Source: Azolla caroliniana (taxonomy: Eukaryota > Plantae > Polypodiophyta). From it: a DNA stretch of 64,000 nt. The position numbers and the translations under genes were made by a program. Of this stretch, positions 10,660 through 21,611 are shown in pieces. Each line of letters opens with the position of its first letter. Position 1 is the first letter of the stretch. The DNA lies in NCBI GenBank assembly GCA_043228905.1, contig JBHGNT010000005.1, positions 18,352,001-18,416,000 of the forward strand, written 5' to 3'. The notes under the pieces are model-generated. The model worked only from the letters and a program-made list of their open reading frames with translations, did not search any database and was not told the origin of the DNA.

Positions 10660-13629
10660 TCATTGTTCACCCAAATTGTCCAAAATACTTTGTTCCAGAG
10701 TTTCCAATTGTTCTTCCGGTTGTGGTTGTTGCGGCTGTGCTTGCTGCTGCTGTTGTGGTTGCGGTTGGGACTGAGACTGCTCCGGCTGCTCTATAGGCGG
10801 CTGCTCCGTTTGTTTCTCTGACTCCGGCATCCCCGTTTGACTGCTTCCGGTCCGGTCTCCTTCCAGTAACGGTTCCTCATCACTGAGGTTGACCGTAACC
10901 GGTTCTCGTGCTTTCTCTTCCCGGATCCGGGACCTCTCGTAGCTTTCAAACTGGATCTGCGCCTCCAGCCTGTCATCGTCCAGCTGAGCTACAAGTTGCC
11001 GGACTTGCCCTAGTTGGTCCTCTGCCAAGGCTTGAAAGTCTTCGGCCAGCTCATCTCTTATGCCGGTGAAGTCTTCGGAAGTCAGCATATAGCAATCATC
11101 TCCCTCCTTCCGCCGGTTCTCTACGTCGGCCCGGAGCAATTGGAGTTCCGCCGCGTTCGGGGCCCACTTGGTCCACCATTTGACGGAACCGTTGTCAATC
11201 AAGCTCTTGTTCTGGTTCAACCAGGCCCGCATGATATCCTGGATGCGACTTGCTCCCATTTGCGCTCTACTTTCCACAACTTGTCGTTCCTCCTTCAACT
11301 GCTTGATGAGATTAGCCGTATCCTCCGCCTGCTCTCTGTAGCGCGTCAGCTGCCCTTGATATGTTGTTTGCAGCCTCTGCAGTACCTCCGCCGCTCTTTC
11401 TTTTTCCGCCTGTTGTTGCCTGAGGAGCTCTGTCCGAACCTTCTCCGCCTCTTCCAACCGTCTTCTGGTTTCCGCTTGTTCATTAGCGTATGCCGTTGCG
11501 GTCCGATCAACTGCTTGTCGGAGATCATCCGTCTGTTCCTTGTGCTCCGTTTGCAACCGTTTATACTCCCGGTGCAAGTGCTCAAATTCCTCCGTTTTTT
11601 GTTTGAGCTTGCCGTTGATCTGGCGATGGTTCCGGTCCTCCCGGTCCTTTAGCTGCCGGAGTTCCTCTTTCAGGCGCTCTACTTCTGTTTCGGCGTTTCT
11701 CCGGAGCCTGTCCTTCTCTTGCAGCATTTTCTCCTTTTCCTCCTTGAGCCGGTCGTACGCTTGGTGGCCTTTTCGTAAGCTCTCCTCGGCCCGGCGTAGA
11801 TTCTCAGCAGTCTTTTTGAGTTCTGCCTCCGCTGCTGTCTTCAACTCTCTTTCGCGGCTCCTCAGCGCTTCATGGGCAGCTAGCTCATCCTTTAAGTCCG
11901 CAAGCTCTTGGGCTTGTGCCGCATTTCTCTCCGGAACGGTTTCCGTTGCCGGGGTCTGATTGCTATGTACAGGTTGATCTGACGCTTTATTCTGTACATT
12001 GCCCGGAGTCACCGGTGCTTGGACTTGTGTTGTCAAAGCCAATTGAGCCATTTCCCTTGTGACCCTGTCCAAGTCTTGTTCAAGGCTCCGGATTCTGGAC
12101 CGGGCCGTCTCTAGATCTACGGTTGTGACGAGCAACCGTTCGTGGTGCACTCTCTCCTCCGCCTCTATGTACTCGACCGCTCCGGCGATCTGCTCGCCTA
12201 CCCACCGTAGCCACATGCTACTGGTGCCTTGCTGCTGTACTGGTCGGGTCGGCTCGTTCACTGTGGAATTGTCTGGCCTGAGTGCCTGTATCTGCCGTTC
12301 TGGTTCTACTCCTTGGCCATTGTGTGCGCTGGCTGGGCTCGCCGGCTGTTGAGTTCCGGTTCTCGCCATCTCCGGAGCCGTTGGAATGACTTCTTGTATA
12401 GAAGTCGACAAGGCCGGTTCTATACGCACCGGTTCCGGTTCCTCCCTTGTGGTTTGCTCAGGTTGAGTTGGGGGTGTTTCTTCCTTTTGCGGGTCCGAAC
12501 GCTCCCCCGCTGTCCCGGCGGTCCTACTTCTTGACCGTCGTTGGAGGTGCTCTACTGGCTCCTCCGTTTCCTCTTCCTGGGTAACGGCATGTATCTGTGC
12601 CGTCAAGGGTTCCGGTTCCTTCTGTCCCGGTCGCCGTATGGTTATCTTAACGGGTCGGACCGGTGACACCTCCTCCGGTTCTGGGAGCCGTTTCTTCCCT
12701 TTCGTCGCCTTCGACGCCAGCAGCTGCTGTCGTTTGGACGCGGGTTTCGAGGTGCTTCCTTCCGATAATCTTGGCCGCTTCTTTGGCTGGACGGTCTCGA
12801 CCGGCGGCGCGAGCAATGTTATCCACTGAGCTACGGCATGCCACAGCTTCCGGCCCTCCTTGCCGTCCTTTCCTCGTATCGTGTCGATTGCCGCGCACAA
12901 ACCGTCTGCAATCAACACCAGCCAATCCACCTTGATCCCTTCATAGGTGGCTATGATCATCCCTGCCCGATTTTTTGGCATGACAAGGGGTCGGGGGTAC
13001 ACGTGGCCGTACTCATGGAGCACTCGAGCTATCTCCCTGAATAGCGGATCTTCGCCGCCCTGCGTTCGATAGCCTTTGCCGGCTAGAGAGTACTCACCGA
13101 AATATCGGATGAGTTGCTCCGAGGTTGGGTTATCGATCTGAAAAATACCTCCCTCCGGAAGGCCTGTTAGCGCACGGATCGCTTCCTCGGTGATGACTTC
13201 TGTGTCGAGCTCCTTGATGACCCGGTCGGCTTCTTTGTGCGGTGGTGCCTCCATGATGGTCAAGAACCCATCCAGTCCGTGTTGCCTGAGCCATTTCCTG
13301 GCCGCTTCCGACAGCGTTTGTGGGTCCATGTCTGCTTCGAGGTCGAGGAAAGATGGCGAGGTAGAGTGGTGATGAGAGTGAGAGCGAGAGAGAGAGAGTT
13401 CCGAACGTGGGGGTTCTCTGAGTGCAAGTTCGCGTTTGCTAAGCTTCCACCGCCTTGGTGCTTCTGTGCTTCTTGGCTCGCGAAATGAAAAGGTCTCCAT
13501 GCGTTCTGCTTTTTCTCTGTGCGTCTTGGCGCCTTTTCCGAGCATGCGCACGTCGTGTACCAATTTAGTATTAAGTAACGTGACGGCTCTTAAAGGCCCA
13601 CTACGTACCTTTTCGCTCCTTGCTTTCAC
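10660..13629 (-). CDS. Extra 3' ORF of Gypsy C: conserved N-terminal globular domain, disordered linker, long coiled coil, Q/P/E tail
   Basis: Open for 989 codons; true start may be a later Met (METFSF or MDPQTL). Homologous fragments at 61985-62560. No obvious signal peptide or transmembrane helix. Confidence 0.85.
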   Translation of the reverse strand: MKARSEKVRSGPLRAVTLLNTKLVHDVRMLGKGAKTHREKAERMETFSFREPRSTEAPRRWKLSKRELALREPPRSELSLSRSHSHHHSTSPSFLDLEADMDPQTLSEAARKWLRQHGLDGFLTIMEAPPHKEADRVIKELDTEVITEEAIRALTGLPEGGIFQIDNPTSEQLIRYFGEYSLAGKGYRTQGGEDPLFREIARVLHEYGHVYPRPLVMPKNRAGMIIATYEGIKVDWLVLIADGLCAAIDTIRGKDGKEGRKLWHAVAQWITLLAPPVETVQPKKRPRLSEGSTSKPASKRQQLLASKATKGKKRLPEPEEVSPVRPVKITIRRPGQKEPEPLTAQIHAVTQEEETEEPVEHLQRRSRSRTAGTAGERSDPQKEETPPTQPEQTTREEPEPVRIEPALSTSIQEVIPTAPEMARTGTQQPASPASAHNGQGVEPERQIQALRPDNSTVNEPTRPVQQQGTSSMWLRWVGEQIAGAVEYIEAEERVHHERLLVTTVDLETARSRIRSLEQDLDRVTREMAQLALTTQVQAPVTPGNVQNKASDQPVHSNQTPATETVPERNAAQAQELADLKDELAAHEALRSRERELKTAAEAELKKTAENLRRAEESLRKGHQAYDRLKEEKEKMLQEKDRLRRNAETEVERLKEELRQLKDREDRNHRQINGKLKQKTEEFEHLHREYKRLQTEHKEQTDDLRQAVDRTATAYANEQAETRRRLEEAEKVRTELLRQQQAEKERAAEVLQRLQTTYQGQLTRYREQAEDTANLIKQLKEERQVVESRAQMGASRIQDIMRAWLNQNKSLIDNGSVKWWTKWAPNAAELQLLRADVENRRKEGDDCYMLTSEDFTGIRDELAEDFQALAEDQLGQVRQLVAQLDDDRLEAQIQFESYERSRIREEKAREPVTVNLSDEEPLLEGDRTGSSQTGMPESEKQTEQPPIEQPEQSQSQPQPQQQQQAQPQQPQPEEQLETLEQSILDNLGEQ

Positions 13630-13701
13630 GTCCGTTCATACCTCGATTTTTAATGATTTCTCTTTTTTTTTTCTTTTTTTTTTTAATGACGGTATGTGAT
13701 C

Positions 13702-16700
13702 TTACACATCCGTAGGTCCCTTCGGACACTTACCGTTTTCCTTACGGGTTGCCATGTCTTCCTTCGCCTCTGCTATGGGTTCCCCGTCGTCTTTTTCTTC
13801 CATCCGTACCGTTCCCGGTATAGTGCCGGTGGGCTGCATAAACGGGTTACTTGGCATCGGTCCTTTATAGGGCTTTAGTCTAAATCCGTTGACCCACTTG
13901 CCTAGCACTTCACCGGCAAGTGTCCCTAACTGATAGGACCCGTTGTATTCCCGTGTCAGCCAATACGGGCCTGTCCATCTAAACCGGAGTTTACCCGGCA
14001 TCTTGCCCATCCTCGTTTGGAATACTAGCACCGGCTTTCCGATTTCGAACATCTTCTCATTACCTTTCCGGCGACGGTCAACGAACGATTTCCTTCGTCG
14101 TTGCTCCAGTTCCATGTGTAGGATGCTGGCAAGCCGTTGCTCCTCCAGTTCGCATAGTGCTGCTAGCCGCATTTCCTCCGACTCCTTTTCATTCAGCCGT
14201 TCCCGTAGTTGGATCCGTAAGCTTGGTACCTGAAATTCCACCGGCATGACCGCCTCTAAGCCGAACGCTAACCGGAACGGCGTTGTCCGGATACTTGTTT
14301 TGTATGCCGTTCGGTACGCCCATAGCGCGCTATGGAGCTTTGTATCCCAGTCCGTCCGGTTTTCATTGACGATTTTGCGGAGAATGTTCTGGAGCGTTTT
14401 GTTGGTTGACTCTGCTAACCCGTTTGCTTGTGGGTAGTACGGTGTGCTCCGTTTATGGACCACGGCATAGAACGTTGTTAAGCTTTCAACTACCTGGCCG
14501 AGGAAGTGCCCTCCTTGGTCGCTGATTAATTCAATCGGACATCCATATCGGCACCAAATGTTTTCGTACAGGAATTTTGCTGTGGATGACGCGGTGTTGT
14601 CTCTCAAGGCCTTAGCCTCCACCCATTTAGTGCAATAATCTGTTGCCACGATGACATAACGATTACCCGTTCTCATTGCCGGTGGCTTGAACGGTCCGAC
14701 AAAATCCAACCCCCACTTCTGGAATGGCTCTAGTGGAAGTACCGGTTGGTGTGGCATCCGTGCTTGCTCCGTAGGCTGGCCCATTCGTTGGCATAGGTCA
14801 CATTCCTTAGCATACTTGACGGCGTCTTTTAACGTCGTGGGCCACCATAAGCCGCTTTGCCATACTTTCCTTGCCGTCGCTTCCCCGGCATAGTGTCCTC
14901 CGGCAACCCCACAGTGTGCTTCCCGTAAGATTACTTGTTTCTCGTCACTACGGACTGCCCGTCTCCATATTCCATCTGCTCCCTTGTGGTAGAGAGTGTC
15001 CCGTAACAGACAGAAATTGCGGCTCTGTACCGCCAGTCGTTTCCTCTTGTCCCGGTTCATTTCCTCCGGTGGCAGGCCCGTGCTTAGGAACTGGTGCATG
15101 TTTGTCAGCCACCTATCTTCTGATGCCACCGTGTCGTCCGCTGCCGTTTCCGGGGTGATACGGAATAACTCTGCGTCCGGGAATTCATCCGATACTCCGA
15201 CGCCTGATTCTCCGGACTCTAACCGGCTCAGGTAGTCTGCTACGGCATGCTGGATACCGGGCCGGTGGAAGATCTCGAATTCGAACTCCTGCAACAGCAA
15301 GGTCCAACGGGCCAACTTACCGGTCAGGGACGCCTTGGACACTAAGTACAGGAGCGCCAAGTGATCCACATGAAAGGAGAACTTCCTTCCCAATAGGTAA
15401 TGACGAAACTTTGTTACACTGTAGATCATGCCCAGGGCCTCCCGTTCCGTCGTCGAATAGTTCTTCTCCGCTTGGGACAGCTTCCGGCTGGCGTAATATA
15501 CCGGCCGGTACCATTTAGGCTCCGTAAGTTGCATTAAGGCGCTGCCGATAGCGATGTCGGAAGCGTCAACGAACACATGAAATTCCTTGCTCCAATCCGG
15601 AGGCTGCACGACAGGTGCTTGCGACAAAAGTACCTTCAGGGCATTGTATGCCTTATCCTCCGTATCCGTCCATTGGAACGGTGTCCGATGTACCGCGGTG
15701 TGTAATGGTGTAGCCAAGTCAGCCAAGTGACGGAGCATCCGGCTGTGCCACCGGATCTGTCCTAAGAATCGGCTTAGTGCTTTGGCCGTTTTCGGCGCCG
15801 GTGCCCCTAGTATCGCGTTTACTTTGTCCGGGTCGACCGCAATGCCCTCCTTACTTACAATGTGTCCTAGTAATATTCCACTTGAAACCCCAAAGATGCA
15901 TTTTGCTGGGTTTAAGCTTAGCCGGTATAACCTACACTTTTCAAGGCATAACCGTAGGTGTTGCAAATGGTCTTTTTCCCGGCTATAGACTGCAAAGTCA
16001 TCCAGGAAAACCTGCATGAAGGCTGGAATGTATTCGCCGAAGATCTCCATGATGATTCGCTGGAAAGTTGCTGGTGCCGTTTTTAGTCCGAACATCATTA
16101 CTACGGCCACAAACACTCCCCATTCGGTTATGAACGTTGTCTTCTCCTGGTCGTCAGGGTGCATCCGGATTTGATTGTATCCGCTGAACCCGTATAAAAA
16201 GCTATAAACTTCATGGCCGGCGACGGCATCCAGTACTCCATCCGTGAACGGAAGAGGGAATGGATCCGTAATTGTGGCTGCATTTAGTTTCCTGTAATCT
16301 ACACACATGTGGATTTTACCGTTCTTCTTTGGGACGACGACGATGGGGCTCAGCCACGTCGCTTTCTTTACCGGCCGGATGAAGCCCACTCTTAGGAGTT
16401 TGTCGATTTCCTCCTTCACTTTGGCGGCGTAGTTGGGGTTCATTCTGTAACGTCTTTGCGCCACTGGTTTCGCGTCCTTGCCTAAGTGGATCTGATGCTG
16501 ATATAATTGAGGGTCCAGCCCTCGCATGTCTTCGTATGACCAGGCGAATACGTCGCGAAACTCCGTGAGAAGTTCGATCATCGCCGCTTTATCTTCCGGC
16601 TTCATTTCTTTGGCGATGTGTACCGGCTTTGATTCGTCCTTGCTTCCTAGGTTCACTTCGTCGAGCTGGGATGTTTTTACCCGTTGGGAAACGGCCATTT

Positions 16701-19476
16701 CCCGTTCCAACGCTTCCTGTGCTTGCCGTAATTCCCGAATCGAATCTTTGTCTGGTTCGGCTTCGGTTTCGTCCCGCTGCGGCAAGTATGGCGCTACGGC
16801 TTCAGCCACGTCAATCTCGAAAAGTGGTACGATCTTCGGGTGTTCCTCCAAGTACTGGGCTTCTTCGTCGTCTGCCAACCCTTCAAGCATGTTCACGCAT
16901 TCCTCATACAGCGGTGTGCATTCCTTACCGTTGCTCGTCCGTGGTTGTGTCGGTACCCGGACCTTGGCTTTTCCGCGCCGGAAGGTAATCATATTTTTCC
17001 GCCAATTTTGCTTGATGTGTGCTGTTTTCAACCATGGTCTGCCCAGCAACAGTGGGTACGCTCCTTGTGCCTGTAGCTGCAGCACTACAGCCGAGATGTG
17101 AAATGTGTGACCTCCTATGGTGACTTCCAATTTCCGTATTAAGCCCGTCGGCCGTACAGAGCTCGTATCCGCCATCCGTAGCCAGAACGGACATGGCTCC
17201 CATTCATGTATACCCAAGGCATCACACGTGCGGAGGCTTATTACGTTCACCCCAGAACCTCCATCGATTACTGTGCCGGGAAGTTCGTGCCCTTTGACAA
17301 TAGCTGTAATCACCGGACTACTAGTGTCCACCACCGTCGGTCCCTCCTCCGGATTCGAGAAGAGGACTGGTGCCGGTGGGGCTATACCGTCTGTCATGAC
17401 CGTTTTTAGTCCTTCCGTAAATCGCGGCACGAGCTGCAAGAGTCTTCCTAATGGCAACGTGATCTGACATTCTTGCAGTGCTTGCCATGTCTCGTTTTCT
17501 ACGTGGCTACCGCCGGCACTCCCTATGGTATTCGCCGTTTGCCGTTCCGCGTCCGCGACGTTCCTTTCAATGGCTTCCTTCACCCATTCCGTCGCCTGTT
17601 TTCGTATGGCCTCTTGTGTTTCCCACTCTTTGGCCATGCCTTTCGACCGTGTGGTTACTTGCTGTAAATCCGCCACTTCCGGAACCACCATATTAACTGT
17701 TGGTCGTTTATCGTAGCTCTTTGCCGGGCACTGGTTACTGTAGTGGCCTTCTTGCCTGCAGTAGTAGCAGTACTCTTTACGGGTATTACTGGATTCAGCA
17801 TTGCTGGTAGCCGGAGTCGGTCCCGTAGTGAGTGGTGCGTTCTGTGCCGGTTGGCTCCTTGGGGTTCCATGTTCCGGGTCCCTAGGGTGACCACCTTTCT
17901 TGAAATTACGTTTCTTATTATTCCTATTTTTATTTCGGTAGTCCCGTCGTGGTGGATCGTAAAATCGGCCGTAGTCCTCCTGGTGCCTTTGGTAACCAGG
18001 GGAATGGTCTCTGTCGTATTGCTCGTGTCGTCTGTTGGACTCCCGATAACGGTCTGATCGCTCATACCGGTCGTAGTTATCATGCCGATCCCCGTACCGG
18101 CCATCATTCTCTTGTCTGTCTCCGTACCGGACATCCTATGCCGGTCGGTACCGGTTCATTCTTTGCCAACGATCTTCATCTTCGTCTCGGCTGCTTCTTG
18201 GCTCGATCCGTCGGACGGGTGGTGCTTGTCGGTTTAGCAGGTTATACTCGCACCGGTCCGTTGTATGACTCTTGGATTGACAAATCACACACTGGGTTCG
18301 CATGGTGCACTCCACTGCCGAGTGTCCGGCATTCAAGCAGATTGTGCATTGAATTGCCTGCCGGAACCGGAGATCTTCATCTGTGGGTAACGCCCGTTGC
18401 AGTGCTCCCAGTGTAAGCCATGAGCTTGACTTTTCCATTTCTCTGACCCGGTCAATGACCTGGTCAATGGTGCTTCCTCGAAAGTCGATCACCGTACACA
18501 CCGTGCGTAACGGTTCCCGGAGTGCGTTTAAAAATATCGTCCGTAATTCCTCCTCCGGGGGTGCACGGGCAAGCTGGCTATGTATTCGTTGGAAACGGAT
18601 GACGAATTGGGGAATGCTTTCCCCTGCCTCCTGTCGGATCGTATAAAACAGGCCCACCATCGTCGTCTGGTCGACCTCCTTGTGGAAAAAATGCAAGAAT
18701 TTTGCTTTTAATTCTGCAAAGGTTGTGATGGTTGCCGAGTCCTGCGTCCGCCGCCATCGTGCCGCTGGTCCTTCCAACGTGACCCCGAATTCCGCTATCT
18801 TCGAGCGTTCTTCTTCCTCCGGTGTCAATCGCTGGGACGCGTGATTTGCTTCCCATGTCTGCTCGAAGGCATGAACATGCGCTTCCACGTCCGGATCATC
18901 GCGATACTTTGAGTATTGGAACGGCATGTCGTCGTCCAGTATTAGGCCGCGGTTTAGTGGCGTTTGTTGATATCTTTCCGGTTTTCTCTCCGGTTCCACG
19001 TCCGGTTCTTTTGCCGGTGCTTTTTCCGGTTCCTTCACCGACTCTTCTTCCGGTTCCTTCACCGGCTCTTTCGTTGGTGTCGGTGGATTTGCTTCTTCCA
19101 CTTCCGGTGTTGGTGGGTTGACGGCTTCCGTTTGCGGTTCCGGATAGCCCTGGTCGAACGGTTCCGGTTCTGGAGTCGGCACGGTATCCGACCCGTCGTC
19201 CTCCGGGCCGCCGGGGGTATCGTTGCTGCTCCGGTAGTTCGTGTGCACGCTGTATCCCCCGTCGGAATCCGATTCGTAGGCTGAAAAGGCTTCTGCCTCG
19301 TTTTCTCCGCTTGCCAGCGCCTCGAGGAGGCGTTCGGTTTCCCGGAGACTACTTAGACCGCTTCTGTCGTCCTGGTCGCGAGTTTGCTGTAACCGAAGAG
19401 ATTCCTCCGTCTTTGTCGTTCGGCGAGGCGTCGAGCTCGGTCTGTAACCAGGTCGTGCGTTGGTCTCGTCATCCAT
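13702..19476 (-). pseudogene. Gypsy C gag-pol (GAG, 3 Zn knuckles, PR, RT, RH, INT), single frame with one internal TAG
   Basis: ORFs 18136-19566 and 13702-17691 share a frame and are separated only by TAG 18136-18138. VIDGGSG, FLDD, VDASD, WGLDFVGP, ISDQG, AESTN motifs. First RT catalytic Asp appears mutated (SFLYGFSG instead of FLDG). Confidence 0.92.
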
Positions 19477-19507
19477 TAAGCCGTTGTTCGCTGCGAGAAA
19501 GCAGGAA

Positions 19508-19519
19508 TCGTGGTCGCCA
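19508..19519 (-). other. Canonical-position PBS of Gypsy C, tRNA-Arg UCG-type
   Basis: Minus strand LTR-CAGTTT-TGGCGACCACGA. About 10-11 nt complementary to the recalled tRNA-Arg(UCG) end ...GUGGUCGCCA. Confidence 0.75.
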
Positions 19520-19525
19520 AAACTG

Positions 19526-19944
19526 TGTTGTTCTCTGACCGGACAAGGCCTAACACAAGGTGTCACGGAGACACTTCACCAAAGGGTGATTACGGCATAG
19601 GATTATGACTCAACGATTACACCGACTTAAGTAGGTTACACGATTAGAGCACTTTTGTTAATTACACGCGTAAGATATAACAGTAATTACAGAACGGAAA
19701 TCAACACAGAAGTATAAACACCATACGCTCTATTAATTATCCGCTGCGATTACAATGGGGTCCAGGCCTTTAAATAGGTTTCCGGCCCGTAGTACAAAAC
19801 GGTGCCTATCGCACCTATTCGGGATCCGTCCGGATCTGGAACGGCATACCGTTTCCAGTCCGTCCGTCCATACTATGCTTATTTACAACCATACTTAATT
19901 AATTCCTTCACTCCGTATTTTGGACTCCTTGCCGGCCGGTAACA
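19526..19944 (-). repeat. Gypsy C 5' LTR
   Basis: Direct repeat of 10189-10607. Confidence 0.96.
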
Positions 19945-21545
19945 CTGGACACGAGTCGTGTCCTACTGTTTGTCAAATCAGTTGACGCACAGGATCGGGA
20001 GCAAGTGGGCTCCTTACTGGAAACCAAAGACGGGCTGACGGCCGACTGGGCCGCGGTAAAAAGAGTCTGCGGCCGTTTTGACAAACGGTGGGAGTGGGCT
20101 GATGCAGGGGCGACCGGGGCGGGTCTTGTCGCAGCAAGGAAGCTCGAACCGATACCACAGGTGCGAAGGGAAGAGACCCGGGAGTGGCTCGAAACCGGTT
20201 CGGCTTCGACCGGCGTGGTCAGAGGCTCGTCCGGGGGAACAGCTTTGGAGGAGTTGACACGGGCGGTAAAGGATCTCCAGATCGCCCAGGCTCGGAGGGA
20301 AGGCGGCGAACAGGCTCGTGACCGATGGCCTCCGGCAAGAAATAGGTGCATGTGGTGCGACGAGGTCGGCCACATCCGGAAAGACTGCGGGGACTTTATG
20401 GAGGCTTTGAGAAGCCGGGTAGTGTACTTGTGGGAAGGTCGGGTGCACGCCAGCGATACCCGGAGGGCCCTAAACCGAAACGACGGGCGAGGAGGAATGA
20501 AAAGGCTGATGGAAGAGGCGGCGGCCCGGCACGCGGAGACCGTCCAATATTCGGCGTCGGCTGGTATTCGGGTCGGAGGCAGCGAGGCCCGGAAGGAGAG
20601 CAAAGCCGGGTTCTGGCCGACGATGCTGGAAGGCCTCGTCGGTGCCCGACTAAGGAAAGACGAGGCGGACCGCGTGGAGAAGCGGGTCCAAGAGGTAACC
20701 GGGTGGAGTGACCCGGTCGAAGAAAAGACGGGTTTCGTCGAAGCAGCTTGCCAGAACTACGAGGCTCTGGTTGAAGACAAACGGGTAGGTAAAACCGGAG
20801 GGGCCAGACCCTCATAGAGATACGAAACCCGATTTGGGCCGAAACGGAACGAGGCCGGCGAGACCAATGCCCGGGATAACCACAAGAAGGGCGGATACCG
20901 GTTGGGCACGGAGATCGAAAGGTCCTGGAAGAACGAATCCTCGACAACAAGGTGGAACTGCCGTTGCGGGAGGTGCTCGGAATCGCCAAGAAGGAGTTCC
21001 ACGACTCCATCGTAGACTTGGTGAAGAGGAAGAGGCTGTCGACGGAGACAGAACCGGAAAGGCCGGTGGAGGTGCGGACGACGCACATAGAGGACATGGC
21101 GCTGGAAGACGAGTGGGCGGAGAGCCACTATTCGAGGCCACACTAGGCCCGAGCGACCACGGAAACCCCAGTGAAGATCGGAGATGTTCAGGAACCGGTG
21201 GTGGCGCTGGTGGACCACGGTTCAGAAATGGCCGATCAACACCAAGCACGGGTGGAAGATACGGGCGGCGACGCGCACCACCGAGGAACTACACGGGGCC
21301 TGCCCAAACGTGCGAGTCAAGATCGGCGACGTCGAGATAGACCGGCACTTCTTTGTGCAGGCCTCGCACCCGGTCATACTGGGAAAACCGTACATTACGG
21401 CAGCACGGATGGAGACCAAGGTGCTGGACAACGGGTCGGCTTACGCGAGGGTCAAGAGTCAGGACGAGCGTCATTCGGTCTAGTTCCTGACGGTGCGACC
21501 GAACCACGAGCGAAACCGCGAGTCCCTCGGTGGCGAGAACCGAGA

Positions 21546-21611
21546 GGATTTTTAGAGAGGGTTGTCAAGGCGTGGGGCCGCGATAGTCCGGACACTCCGG
21601 GAAAACCCCAC
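21546..21611 (+). promoter_or_regulatory. Putative -1 ribosomal frameshift signal (G GAU UUU plus pseudoknot)
   Basis: Heptamer 21546-21552 immediately before the gag-PR stop, 6-nt spacer, stem 1 21559-21566/21582-21589, stem 2 21572-21577/21606-21611. pol is in the -1 frame. Confidence 0.75.

Larger units (their letters stand above)
10189..19944 (-). mobile_element. Full-length non-chromovirus Ty3/Gypsy element C (Athila/Tat-like RT) with an extra 3' ORF
   Basis: 419-bp LTRs 10189-10607 and 19526-19944 with 3 transitions. TSD CTGGA (10184-10188, 19945-19949). gag-pol plus 989-codon extra ORF, all on the minus strand. Confidence 0.97.
9731..21555 (+). pseudogene. Gypsy B gag-protease, split by Gypsy C (9731-10188 and 19945-21555)
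   Basis: ...LDRTVL|DTSRVLLF rejoins across the C insertion. CCHC knuckle, VDHGSE motif, several stops and microdeletions. Confidence 0.88.

Noticed and set aside
10610-10660. A complete tRNA gene
   Set aside because: Only the T-loop and 3' acceptor strand are present; no D or anticodon arm.
10660-13629. Retroviral env gene
   Set aside because: No signal peptide, transmembrane anchor or Cys-rich ectodomain is visible.
18136-18138. Programmed stop read-through between gag and pol of Gypsy C
   Set aside because: The TAG lies before the third knuckle and lacks a CARYYA-type context. It is simply explained by CAG>TAG decay, and this copy has other inactivating changes.
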